A program made the position numbers and the translations under genes. DNA of 62,309 nucleotides, counting the filler, from Hausera hauseri (taxonomy: Eukaryota): assembly GCA_046269625.1 (NCBI GenBank). It is 13 parts of 13 records of this genome, joined end to end, with 100 filler letters (N's around TTAATTAATTAA, not from the genome) between each part and the next. Parts side by side here need not be neighbours in the genome. Positions count along the whole stretch, not along the records: positions 9,231 to 14,712 come from JBJURY010245182.1; positions 14,813 to 18,773 come from JBJURY010856078.1; positions 18,874 to 23,399 come from JBJURY010541453.1; positions 23,500 to 27,688 come from JBJURY010711659.1; 9 more parts are not named here. One strand, written 5' to 3'. Shown one piece after another: positions 13,231 to 24,947 of the stretch (within the stretch, counting starts at the first letter, position 1; every line of letters starts with the position of its first letter). The notes beneath the pieces were generated by a model that worked only from the letters and a program-made list of their open reading frames with translations, did not search any database and was not told where the DNA came from.

Positions 13231-14539
13231 CTTTATCGATGACAACCCTGATTATTTTGTTCCGCTTCTCATCAATTCCTCTCTTGATGTTTTCACCAAA
13301 CCTTCTAATCCACCTCACAACAAACCTCTCTTTGACTTTTTGTCTCAGCCTTCACTAAACCTTCAATACCGTACTGATACTTCTTCTCAACCTTCCTCAA
13401 ACGCACAGTGTTCTAATTCTTCTTCATTTCACAATGACAGTTTCCTTCATGCCTTTCTTCAATTTTCCTCAGACCTTCAATCTTTTAAACCTACTTTTCC
13501 TTCCTCCACTTCGTCTTCGACTTATTTTCCTTCACAATCTTCACTGTCTTCTACACACACAAAGTCAAACACTAAATCCAAAGATCTAGTAAATCTTCCG
13601 CCGCTACATACCTCTCTGCAACCTAACACAACGCACACAAATAAAACAAGCGAAGTAACATTCAGCACGTGCAGTAGGGAAAAATCATTAGAAGGTATTC
13701 AACGTCTTGTCCGCACTAAGACTGACTAAAATAAACATTTTTGGTGCCTTTCATTTCCTTTCTGCTTTGCATTTATAGTTTTCAGTTCAGCCACGACGGG
13801 ACGGTGATGTGGTGCCCCGGGCGTGGCGGTGGCCTGGCCTCTGTTATGTTATGCCGTGCGTTGGGGTTTGTTCTCTCTTATTGGGAATTCGGCTGCTCTG
13901 AAGCACTCGGAACAAAACAAAAAAAATCAAATAAATTTAAGAAATATGTACAATTTCTTTTTCTGTTCAATGACAAATTCAAGGACACACTTATTCACAA
14001 ACACTATATACTCGTTTGCTGACATGGCATCACGTCCTTGTTATTTACAACTTCAAGATTAATTATGGTTGAAAAAATGAAATCGATAAAATTCTACATT
14101 GCCAGTCGACAATTTTCCTTCCACATATTCAAACTAATTTGAGCAAACGCCGAAGATTAATGCATGGTCGATTCGCCCCACCTTGATAATTTTCTATTGT
14201 GTTTTTGCAAAAAAAATCTTTGGTTTACAAAAAAATTTTTAATTTGTTTAAATAAACTCTCTTTTTGGTTCTCAAGAAGTTTCCAGTGCTTTTTTGGAAG
14301 ACATTTTCTTTGGTATTTTTAATTTGATGAGCATCATTACCCGCAAAATTCAAAGCTCATTCTCCGCCTATATCAAAATTGGGGGGTTTTAGTCAGGCTG
14401 CTATCAGGGCTCAATCAAACCCCCCGAAAAGTCTGAAAGTTTCTGTTTTAAAATTTCCTGTAAAATGATTCCGGAAAAATTCGTATTCTGTTGGGAGCTC
14501 ACAAATGCTGTCACAAATGGTGCAACAAACGAATTTATA

Positions 14540-14712
14540 CTAATCGATGTGCACTGATGTGCACTACCGATTAACACTTTGTCCCCATCAATTTGATCAA
14601 TTGTGCAATGTGCAGCGATCGATTTGTGAAATGTTCAAAAATGTGCTTAGCAACGGTGCCTAACGGCACCGTTGCCAGGCACTTTATGGATCGATAGTGC
14701 TCCGGGTGCACT
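14540..14712. repeat. Copy of the palindrome-rich Polinton terminal repeat, cut by the contig end
   Basis: Aligns with ~24708-24880; contains the hairpin GCAACGGTGCC-TAAC-GGCACCGTTGC. Confidence 0.85.
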
Positions 14713-14812
14713 NNNNNNNNNNNNNNNNNNNNNNNNNNNNNNNNNNNNNNNNNNNNTTAATTAATTAANNNNNNNNNNNNNNNNNNNNNNNNNNNNNNNN
14801 NNNNNNNNNNNN

Positions 14813-16075
14813 CAAATAGTCCTAGCCTTATCATTAATCGCTTCGTATATACCTACGGTGAAATCGAGCGCTAAAACCGAAAAACAAAAGGATATCCAGA
14901 ATTTACAAACATTTAGAATAAGGGATATGGATTTGGAAAAGCCATTTGCATGGTTTGGATCAGAAAAACCTATTCAGAGGCACACAGGATTTTAGATAAT
15001 ATTTATAACTGATGGCGATGAAATGAGAGTGTGTAATTTTCCATACGGACATCACCAGAGATGTTCTAATTTAGATTTCGGAAAAGTCTATAGGTATAGC
15101 TTCCAGCTATTTTATTCCTATAAATTTGGGACTCAAGCCGTCATAGCTTCAGAGCTCACAATACGAATGCCACAACGAAAGGACGCAAATAATTCGAAGC
15201 ATCGATCCGATTAACAGAATCTTAGATGACAATATTGTTGGAATTCACAAGGACTTAAAGATCCAATGCATTCGGATCGGGATAAATTCGGCGTACCGGA
15301 AGACAAGGAAATTTCTGTCCAACTTACACCATTGAACACTTCTATTTCTAGACCGGCGCATTGTTCGTTGCCAAAGCGACGTCCCACCGTAAGCTGTGTA
15401 ATACAATTAGGACAAAGGTACCAACTACAATTTGATTTGTATGATACTTATCCAGGTAAACGAAGTGTTTTTTTAAAAGGATATTGCCCAAAGAACGGAA
15501 TATGGGAACTTCCACTTCCGACCACTACGGGAAAACCATTTACGACGCCGAGTACAACTGGCAGTATTACGGTTATCACTACGGACAAAATGCCAGGAAG
15601 TATACCGGTCAAAATCCTAACGAAGAGCGATAGAATTCTATTTTACGCTGAAGAAACGTTAAATAAGGACGTCAAAATTGAATGTCGCACCTTGCATACC
15701 AACCAAATTGTGATTTTGAAGAAGAATAGTTTGGGAACGGTGTGCAAGTCGTTACGACCACAACACGAGTACATAATCAGAATGACTTCGGAGGGTAATA
15801 ACCCTAAAACTTTTACAGTACGAACTCTTGGTAATAAAATTGAAGCAATGTCGTATAATGATATTAATACTCTAAATGTGTTTACGACGCAGAGTTCTAC
15901 CGATCCGAGTAATTTACCAATAATAACTATATTTAGTGTGTCAATATCCGTTCTGGTTATAATAACAGCGATGATTTTTCTAGTCTCCAAAAATTGTAAA
16001 AAACGCGGTAAAAATCGGAAAGGAGATAATTGGGTAAAAGAGAACCAAGACGGACTTTATGATAGCATAACCTGA
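14813..16075 (+). pseudogene. Intronless type I membrane protein with FN3-like repeats, Thr-rich linker, TM helix and Tyr-motif tail; 5' partial and disrupted
   Basis: Repeated L..G/P..Y.F/I motifs (NLDFGKVYRYSF, QLGQRYQLQF, SLRPQHEYII); TM IITIFSVSISVLVIITAMIFLV, basic stop-transfer and a GLYDSI terminus. Confidence 0.55.
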
Positions 16076-16179
16076 CAACTAAAGATCGGGTTATCCTATC
16101 ATTAGACAGATAAAATGTTTTGTTTCAAAACGATGATCTGTCTTAGGATTGACCTTTATTTTTATTTCAGCTGAGTAAG

Positions 16180-18539
16180 TATGGCCTAAAAGGCGAAGAA
16201 TCCATCAATCCAGCACGATATCGATGACTTCCTACAACAGCACGTTACAGTCCTCAAACCATTATCGAAAAGTCTAAATTGACAGATCGAAAAGAATCTG
16301 AAAAATACCAATTATCTAGAATTCGCCCAAGAAAGTAGAATACCGAACGGACTAAAATGAGGCCTAGAAGAAAATCGATTGGTCCGACTGTATGTCATGA
16401 GGAATCCAAAAGACGTACGAGTATATCTCTTAAGGGATCTGATCCCATACGAGCCAACGCATCAGCAATTGTATATACATGTCGCTGATGGAGAAACCCA
16501 GTACAGGATCGTAGGACAATCCTGGAGTACACAAAAGGGGCAACAGTGGAAATTTAGCACTTATGAGCTATGCTGTTATAGTCTCATGAATTATGCCCTG
16601 GATTTCCGAATTGCGGACAATCCAACTAAAATTATGATAGAAATGACATTGCAGACCGAAATAATGAAACCATTACCCCCGTTGGTATATATGCAAAAGC
16701 CCTCGGAAGATGAAATAGAACAAAATGGGGAATCCTATAGGTTAGTCGCAGATGGCCGGAATACCCGGATTTTAGCGGTAAATTATGGGGAAAAGGATGA
16801 CGGGTGGTACTTCCCGATCGAAATCTCCATTAGGAATACAAACGGAGAAGAAGTCTTAAACAAAATAATTGCACCTCGAGTTAGAATTAAAGATACTTTT
16901 CCCGACGTTACTGGAATTACCAAACCTCAACTTGAAAAAGGAAAAGACTTTTTGGAAATCCAAGAAGATATCAGCCACTGTTTATATGGATACGTTGTTC
17001 CTGGATTCGGAGTCCACGAAGCACTAGAACGATTAGGAATCAGACAAGAATATCTAGGCGGCATCCGAGAAATAAGTCGAAACCCCGCTGTCGTGAGTCA
17101 AGTGAAAAATACCCTAATGCGGAAAAGAGGATGTCTACTTCCCACCTCAGCGTCACCTGAATTACAGTTTAAGATGATGCTAGAAGCCATGAATGGCAAA
17201 CAATTTAGATTTCCTAAACTGATGTCAGCAAGTCATCGAACGAGACTCACAATAGATATTTACATCTCCTTACGATGGGTACACAAGTGGAAACCCAGCG
17301 ACCCTATAAAGAACGTGATGTCTGACAGCAACCCAAAGATCTTGTCACAAAAATTCTGAAGAGGGTTTGGCGAATACCCGATATATAGACATATTGAATC
17401 CCAAGGACATAGTAGTCTTCAAATAACCGTATGGAATAGTCCAGCCAAATTGTTCCAACAGAAAAAACTAAATGGAAACAACAAACAAAACTTATCGACC
17501 AGCCATAACCAAACCGAAGACGAACCGACCTCCAAAAAAGTAACGCAGAAAATGAAACTAAACACCGGAGAGCCCCAGAGAGGACAAAAGAAGAAACCAT
17601 AATTTTTTGAACATATTAGTAAAAAGAAAAGTAAGACCAGCAAAAACTATGTTGAAGAAATGCAACCATCTACTAGCAGTTCTCTACCCATTATTAAAGA
17701 AGTAATAAAACCCAAGGATGAACTCAAAAGGCAGGAGGCCGGAAATTCTAACAAACAAAAATGGAGAATTTTCAGTTGTGTACTGTCTAGAACATAAGTA
17801 AATGTTCTTCGAAGGAATTGGGAAGAACCAACCCCTATTGTAGTGACCGAATTCGGTCAAGTTAACTAATACACCCGAATGCTTGTCATGGCTAAATATT
17901 ATAACAAAGGAAAGATCAAAGAAGCTATATTCTATGTCTCTACCGTTCCTAGAAGAATTGTAAGCGCAAACGGATACGCCCGAGAAGATATATCTATTGG
18001 TAAATACTTAGCCCCGATATTTCAGTCAAAAAGAGAAACAAATCGACTAATTATCCCAGTAGATGCCCAAGTTCGGGTACAACTTAAGAGACAATACAAG
18101 AGAACCGGAATACCCGATTTGGATAAAAAAGAAATCGTTGAGTGGACATTAGTTACTGTGTCAGACGATCCTAAGAAGAGTTATATGGATACTTATACCA
18201 GGATAAGAAAGGACTCGTATTGGAACGAATTGAAGTTGACGAGAATCTTTTGGATATAGATGCAGGTGAAAAAGAAGAATGTCCTGTTTGCGATGTAAAC
18301 CTTTACCAAGGATTCGTAGTGTTAAACAACAAGGACTGCACCCACAAGTACTGCCGCTACTGTCTAGAAACGTGAACCCTAAAAAACGGAAGACGACCTG
18401 CCCAGTATGTAGTGCTGAAGCTACAAGGTTGCGTTATTTTTCTAATGGAGAGAGTAAAAAGATAGTGGCAATATTGTCTCAAAAACCTACTACATCCTAC
18501 CATTTAGATTTACGATCTCCATACGATGAGTCGAATTAG
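16180..18539 (+). pseudogene. Intronless unknown ORF(s) ending in a C3HC4 RING finger; disrupted
   Basis: 326-aa and 126-aa ORFs plus K/E-rich fragments. 18280-18410 reads CPVC-x13-CTHKYCRYCLET*-TCPVC across one stop and one frameshift. Confidence 0.6.
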
Positions 18540-18873
18540 GAAACAGACTTACGTGGACGAATGAATCGTTTATGCGGCACCTCTTCTGACGCAATAGACA
18601 CATCCGAGAGTGCAGTTCAGGAGGAGAAATATCGTAAAGAGAACTGAAAATCACAAATTGTATATATGTACAGTAAATTGAAAACGAAAGTGAAACTGAA
18701 AGCTAAAACCGAAAGAGAAACAATACATCACTGCAATTAAAATCAATTAATTACTTGGATTATTCAAAGAAAANNNNNNNNNNNNNNNNNNNNNNNNNNN
18801 NNNNNNNNNNNNNNNNNTTAATTAATTAANNNNNNNNNNNNNNNNNNNNNNNNNNNNNNNNNNNNNNNNNNNN

Positions 18874-19572
18874 GATCTCGCAGCAGTTTCTTCTCACGTA
18901 ATGAGTAGAGAAGGAGCTGGAATCTAAACATTAATGCCACATGCCAGAAAAATATAAATATGAGTAGCCACATAAACCACAGTGCTGAACTACAGGCAGT
19001 CATCGAAGGTACGCGAATACTAGAGGTAAAAAGCTTACAGATGCAATCATTGTATCACTGCAATCGATTCCTGGCCACCGTGGCGTACAAGGAAATGAGA
19101 CAACAGACAGACTGGCAAAACGTGGTGCCCAGAAGCAACAGTTCCATCACAGAGTATTATTTTAAGAACCAAAGACACTCATCAAGAAAAAATGCAAGAG
19201 TACATGGCATCAAAGAACAGGCATCAACTACCAACAGGATTATATCCTAGAGCTAAGAAGAGCACACCAGACTAAAATCTTCAGACTCCTCACAGGACAT
19301 TGGAGGATAAGCGATAGAAGCTCAACTCCACAGAATAAAAGCCGCTCGAACTGCACAATGCACATGCCAAAACGATCCCCAGACACCGGAACACATTCTA
19401 CAGGCATGTTCCCTCTTTAAAGACGTAAGGACCCAGATATAGCCCGAACAAAAAAGCATGGAAGAAAAGCTGTTAGGCAACCGAGACACTCAGCTGACGA
19501 CCAGATTCATAGAGACAACCCACCTCCTTGTCTAGACTCTGAGCATAAGAAACCGAAAGAAGGAGAGGAAGA
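18874..19572 (+). mobile_element. 3' fragment of an I-group (Nimb/Ingi/I-like) non-LTR retrotransposon
   Basis: RNase H-like NHSAELQAV, then LLTGH..CTCQNDPQTPEHILQAC (C-terminal CCHC), followed by a (GAA)-rich tail. Confidence 0.75.
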
Positions 19573-20390
19573 ATAACAGTGTATTCCCGTTAGTCTTTCA
19601 GCAATGTATTACTCTAATCGTATTGAAGTATATTACCAATAATCTTATTATAATGTGTTAACGACAATCTTACATTTCTCTCTAATGGATTAGCTCACCG
19701 AGGTTGTTATTATAGCGAACTTTACATAAGACGCTGTCCAAAAAGAGTGATATCATTTCGAGTGAGTGTCCCTCAATGCTTGGACTACTGCGAGAATAGA
19801 CAGTATCACTACGCATCGCTCTCTGTAAGTAGTTGTCTTTCGCCTGTCGTGTAAAAAAACCTTTTTGAAACAATTTGGTTTTAATCCAAACGACTTTGTC
19901 AGTCTGAGGAGCTGCAATAAACTCAGTCTTATAAATAGCTCCTTATCATAGTGGATCATCTAGTTAGTTGGTGACATCCAGCTCTTGCCATGATAAAGGT
20001 GGACCATCGGCCTAAGGATGATCATTAGCACTCTGAAGGCTGCTTGCTATTCACAGAGGGCAGATGAATAAAAACACCTGGGTTATTGAGCATGCATCAG
20101 GATATACTTGATAAAGTTGTCATTCAAACCATTGGGGTGCTCTGTTCTTTTGACTGGTTTTATTATTGACAATACACTTGTCATGGCATAATAACAAAGC
20201 TACTCTTGAATACACAAGCAGACAACAACATATTGATAACCATCCTGATACTAAAGGTGAATTATCTCATAGCCATTCTGTATCTCATGGCCATGCTTTA
20301 ACTATATTTTCTATTCAGTGTCACCAGATAGGCTCCATACGTCTTCTATATTTTTACGCTAATCTCACTTTCTTTTTCCAACAGATTTGA

Positions 20391-21060
20391 ATGTGGTCTT
20401 GTAAAAGCTGTGGTACAACTGCATCGACAAGAGTCAGTCTGCTAAAACACTACAGGTTAGCACATGGTAATTTTGGCCGCAGACACCCATACCCATGCAT
20501 ATATTCTGATTGCCCTTGTGTATTTAAAACATTCAGTGCTCTTCATAGTCACTTAAGCAGGTCACATGCTAAGCAACATCTAGAAAAATGTGTTAATTCA
20601 GCTACATTTAAATGTCAGTTGTGTACATGCACCAACTTAACATCAGCAACAGATTATTTTTGTCACCTATATAACCATCTCAAGAGCTATGAAACAGTGA
20701 ATTGTGTATTTCAGGGTTGCAGTTTCCAAACAAATATTTATAGTACTTACAAGTCCCACAAAAATAGAAAACACAGTCCGTATTCTCTACAAGACTTTAA
20801 AGTAGGTATAGTAAAAACAAGTGAAGCAGAAAGTTCAGCGGTTGGGGACATCAGTAATTTATCTCAAATTAATGACTGCGATGTTCATTTTGATAGTGAT
20901 ATAGAAACTGAGACCAAAGAACATGATTTATCTAAGACTATAGAACTGAAGTTAGCATCTCTTTTATTAAAACTTGAAAACTATTTCCATGTTCCACGCT
21001 TAGCAGTAGATGATATGCTTTCAGAATTGTATAATTTGCATTATTATTTATTATTTGCCT
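20391..21060 (+). pseudogene. N-terminal multi-C2H2 zinc-finger region of an EnSpm/CACTA-like transposase; truncated
   Basis: Four C2H2-like fingers (CKSC..H..H, CIYSDC..H..H, CQLC..H..H, CVFQGC..H..H) then LASLLLKLENYFHVP. The catalytic core is absent. Confidence 0.7.
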
Positions 21061-21139
21061 TCATTTACCCATTCATACAGCACTCTACTAGATCTATACA
21101 AAACTAATTGAACAAATCATTCTAAAGAGACTAATCAGT

Positions 21140-21300
21140 TCTTTATCACATTTATACGCCAATTGGACACACATCGGAGGCAATGAGGGGTTCAGTGTCT
21201 TGCCCGGGGACACTTCGGCATGTGACTGCTGGTGGATTCGAACCCCCAACTTCTTGCATTGGAGGACGACTGCTCTAACCACTCAGCCACAGCTGCCTCC
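21140..21300 (-). mobile_element. tRNA-derived V/Mermaid-like SINE
   Basis: Minus strand reads GGCAGCTGTGGCTGAGTGGTTAGAGCAGTCGTCCTCCAA..GGTTCGAATCC..GAAGTGTCCCCGGGCAAGACACTGAACCCC: A and B boxes plus a V-domain-like body. Confidence 0.85.
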
Positions 21301-21441
21301 ATTATATTATATAATAATATTATTATAGATGCTAATTAGTAAAAGTTTATCAAGGGGCTTCCCTTCACTTCAGATTGCATTGAATCTTGACTTCGTTGCA
21401 GTCTCCCATCTTCAGCAAGCATTTCCTGTTGTGTTTTGCAG

Positions 21442-22203
21442 AATGACTCCATTGAAACAAAGAGATCTTGCAGCCTCCAAGCACTAGCAGTGTATCTCAA
21501 TGAAGACGCTGAAAAGCTAGTGAAGGAGTACGGAGTAAGTGTCATCAATTGTTTTAAAGGGGATATTTTCATTTGAAGTTGAACATAGTGCTGAACTAAT
21601 AATATTTAATTTTCTACTAATAATTAAATATTATACATGATTTAACCTTTCTTGTTGTTACATACCTGGATGACTGAGAAAACAAACTTTGTGTTTTCTA
21701 CTAATAAGTTTTTTTATTTGTTTATGTAACTTGCTTGCATGCATCAGGACGTTAACTTGCTTAGTTTTCTACTGCAGTCAATTTACAAAGAAGAAAATAT
21801 GTATGGTAAAGTTTCATGCAAATAATTTTTTTCAGTGAGGAGAGGTATTCATAAAACATCTGGTTTATTTTTTGTCTGTTTTTAGAGTGAGACCCCTGAT
21901 GAAACCCAGGCAGCTTTGGATCGGACGGTCATCGGCATTTATGTCATCAAACACCCAGGTGCAGACGTTGATCAGCCGCCAGAAGATGTGGGCATCATAG
22001 TGGAAGGTGTGGAGGTGATTAATGAACTCAAAGATGTTGCCATCGCTTGTGCCTTGCTGTTTGGGATCATCTATGACCTGAACCTGAGCTATCCAGCCGA
22101 CCTCAAATATACGTTTGAGTTCATTCAAAAGATCCTAATGGAACTTGAAACACACAGGCTTTCAAACAAAATCCAACTACTGAAAAACAAACTGCTGGAA
22201 TAA
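21442..22203 (+). pseudogene. 3' exons of the SAMD3-like accessory gene of an EnSpm-type element
   Basis: LAVYLNEDAEKLVKEY, GT-AG intron 21535-21885, then DVGIIVEG..ACALLFGIIYDLNLSYP..TFEFIQKILMEL. Confidence 0.75.
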
Positions 22204-23154
22204 TGCATATTCCTATACCTATTACAGTGTTGTGACCTGGGGACTATTCATCATTCTGAAATGTTTTGATCCTGTTTACTGTGAGCAGATGTTTGGGCTG
22301 TCTTTTTTTTTTATATAAAAGAAAAAAGTTTTTTATTGTTACTATTTTTACCTGCAAGTTTACGGTTTTAAAAATCGATCTTTAAAGCAGTAGTACAAAA
22401 CTCATCTGACACCAAATATGGCTCTAATGAATTTCTGACAGACCATAGAAATAATTGGTTTGGGTTTTATTTGTGTGATTTTTCTCTTTAAGTGTCAACT
22501 TGTTACGGCAGTTTGAGTTGTTTTAAGCTGCTTCTAATTGTAGCCCCTGAGCCTACTTAATGGTTAAAAGGTTCTCAAAAACCACATGAAGGTAATTTAT
22601 ATTTGATCAGTCACCAGAAAAAGACCAACCAACCTCAGGTTCACGTTTGAAATCAATTTGTGAGCAGATGTTTGGGCTGCGTTTTTTAAATTTTATTTTT
22701 TATTTTTTTTAATTCCTAGTTTTTTATTGTTAATATTTTTACCTGTAAGTTTACAGTTTTAAAATTGATCTTTACAGCAGTAGTGACATGGTGTTTTAGT
22801 GTTAAAACATGGTGTTTTGATGGTGATTTACATTCTGCTGTTATTTGAACTAAAGCTTGTGTCCAAGAGGCATAGCCCTTGGCAGGATTGGAGCCAAGTG
22901 TCATGAAAAGTTTTTTTTTAACTCTAAAAAATGTTGCACTTAACTTTACCAGTATGTTTAATTTGATGTTTAATGTTTAAAGGATTTTTATGATTTTGAG
23001 TATTTTTGTAAAACTTACTGATTTTATTAGTAGTTCTTAATAAAGTGCTGTTTTGAAAAGTTGTGATTTTCCCCGCCCCTCAGTTTACAGTTCATTCACA
23101 ATTTTAATCATGATTTCAATTTGACAAACTTAACTAAATTAGAAATAACTACCA

Positions 23155-23399
23155 AATCAAGTTAATCTTACCCAGCAATCTTGTATTGCTTTAATGTGAA
23201 TCCATTTAGTTCACTGAACATAACTATATCACTTAAATTTAACATGGTTTTCATACATAAAAATAAATTAACAATATTAAGTTAATCTTACTCAATAATC
23301 CTGTATTGTTTTAATGTGTATCCATTTAGTTCACTGAACTTAACTATATCACTTAAATTTAACATAGCTTTCATACATAAAAATAAATTAACAATATTA
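23155..23399. repeat. Two ~120-bp direct repeats, probably CACTA subterminal repeats; a further repeat pair at ~22280-22395 and ~22660-22783
   Basis: AAGTTAATCTTAC..ATCCATTTAGTTCACTGAAC..AACAATATTA occurs twice in tandem. Confidence 0.85.
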
Positions 23400-23499
23400 N
23401 NNNNNNNNNNNNNNNNNNNNNNNNNNNNNNNNNNNNNNNNNNNTTAATTAATTAANNNNNNNNNNNNNNNNNNNNNNNNNNNNNNNNNNNNNNNNNNNN

Positions 23500-23682
23500 G
23501 TACGAGTTTTGATAGAATGGCATACATGAAACACTTGTCATTATTTTTCACATTGATACATGCCTTTTTCCGTTCAATCCATTCAGGAAGCTGAATATAA
23601 GCGCCTGATTTCATCAGTTCATATTCACAATTCTAAATAGATAGTTAATTTTCATGAGAATAGTATTAACAAAACTCACCAT
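23500..23682 (-). CDS. 5' end of a Polinton-type pPolB gene, short-N-terminus variant (copy A; partial)
   Basis: ATG 23682-23680, GT-AG intron 23679-23633, then in frame NCEYELMKSGAYIQLPEWIERKKACINVKNNDKCFMYAILSKLV up to the contig edge. Confidence 0.75.
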
Positions 23683-24534
23683 TTGTTAAAAGTTTTCTGA
23701 AATAATGATTTTCGATTAAAGTCAATATTATATATTTCACTTTTTTCTTTTTGTTTGTACTATTTTAAAATTTGGTTAGATATTTTTTAGGTTTAATTTG
23801 AAAATTGATACAGTAAAAGAAAACACATATGTAAGTAAAATAAATATTTTAATGGTAAGATAAGTTCGGCACTTTATTTTGTTTAAATGCTTTTATTGTC
23901 TAATTTGACTATATCTTGTTTTAAATGCATCATCTTTATAAATTTCTTTTACTCGCTAATTTTAAAAGTTAATTTAGTATAGGAGTTATCACGCCGCCTT
24001 AATTCCAATACTAACACACACACAATTACATATGAACCTTTGCAACTTGCCAACGTGATGCATTTTATTTGTCAACGTGTTGAATTTTGTTCATTTGTTT
24101 TAATGCATCAAATAAATGAAATTCACATTGACACCAGAATTTTGTTGCATAGGGAATCGAATGACGTCATTACATTCTTCGAATAATGTATGTTTGATCG
24201 AGTTTTCGAGTTCGAATAGATAATTATTCAACTTATAAGCTCGAATTCGAATATCTGATGCCATATTCCAATTCAACATATATGACTTTCTATCCAGCCC
24301 CGCTATTAGGTTTATTGATTTCCGGTTCACTGGGCTTTAAATGCACATTTGGCTTAATTCGAAATATTGAAAAAGTGCCATGGCAACGGCTCCCAAGGGC
24401 ACCGTTGCACCAAGCATTTTCCATTCGGTAGTGCATTTGGTTCACTACATACCAGTACATGCCAAGTATTGATTTTATCGATTTTTAATTTATACCGGAA
24501 AAGCCTATGCGGGTTCTCCCTCAGTTGGCATTTA

Positions 24535-24947
24535 TTCGAAAATCAAATGAGAAATTTAAATTCTAACTGCACATTCGCATAGTGCATCATAAGTGCTTTC
24601 GATTTCATCCGGTGCCGGGTGCTAATCATCAATATTGGAATTATCGGATATCCGATATTATTGATTTTTGCACACTTGCACATGTGCTGCACACCTGCAC
24701 TCTGCACCAATCGATGTGCACTGATGTGCATTATCAATTATCACTTTGTCCCGATCGATTCGATAAATACTGCACTGTGCAGCGATCGATTTGTGAAATG
24801 TGTAAAAGTGCGCCTAGCAACGGTGCCTATCGGTACCGTCGCCTAGCACTCTATCGGTCGACAGTGCACCGTGTGCACTATCGATTGACACATGTGCAGT
24901 ATCGATTTCCTAGGGGGATGGAACCGAACCGCCATTTTTTCCGTACT
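24535..24947 (-). repeat. Palindrome-rich Polinton terminal repeat, outer end AGTAC at 24947
   Basis: Homologous to 27340-27688 and 37332-37770 (both inverted on the + strand) and to 14540; abuts and truncates pPolB copy B. Confidence 0.8.

Noticed and set aside
13199-13729. 176-aa Ser-rich ORF as an env gene
   Set aside because: Low-complexity extension after the integrase with no signal peptide or TM.
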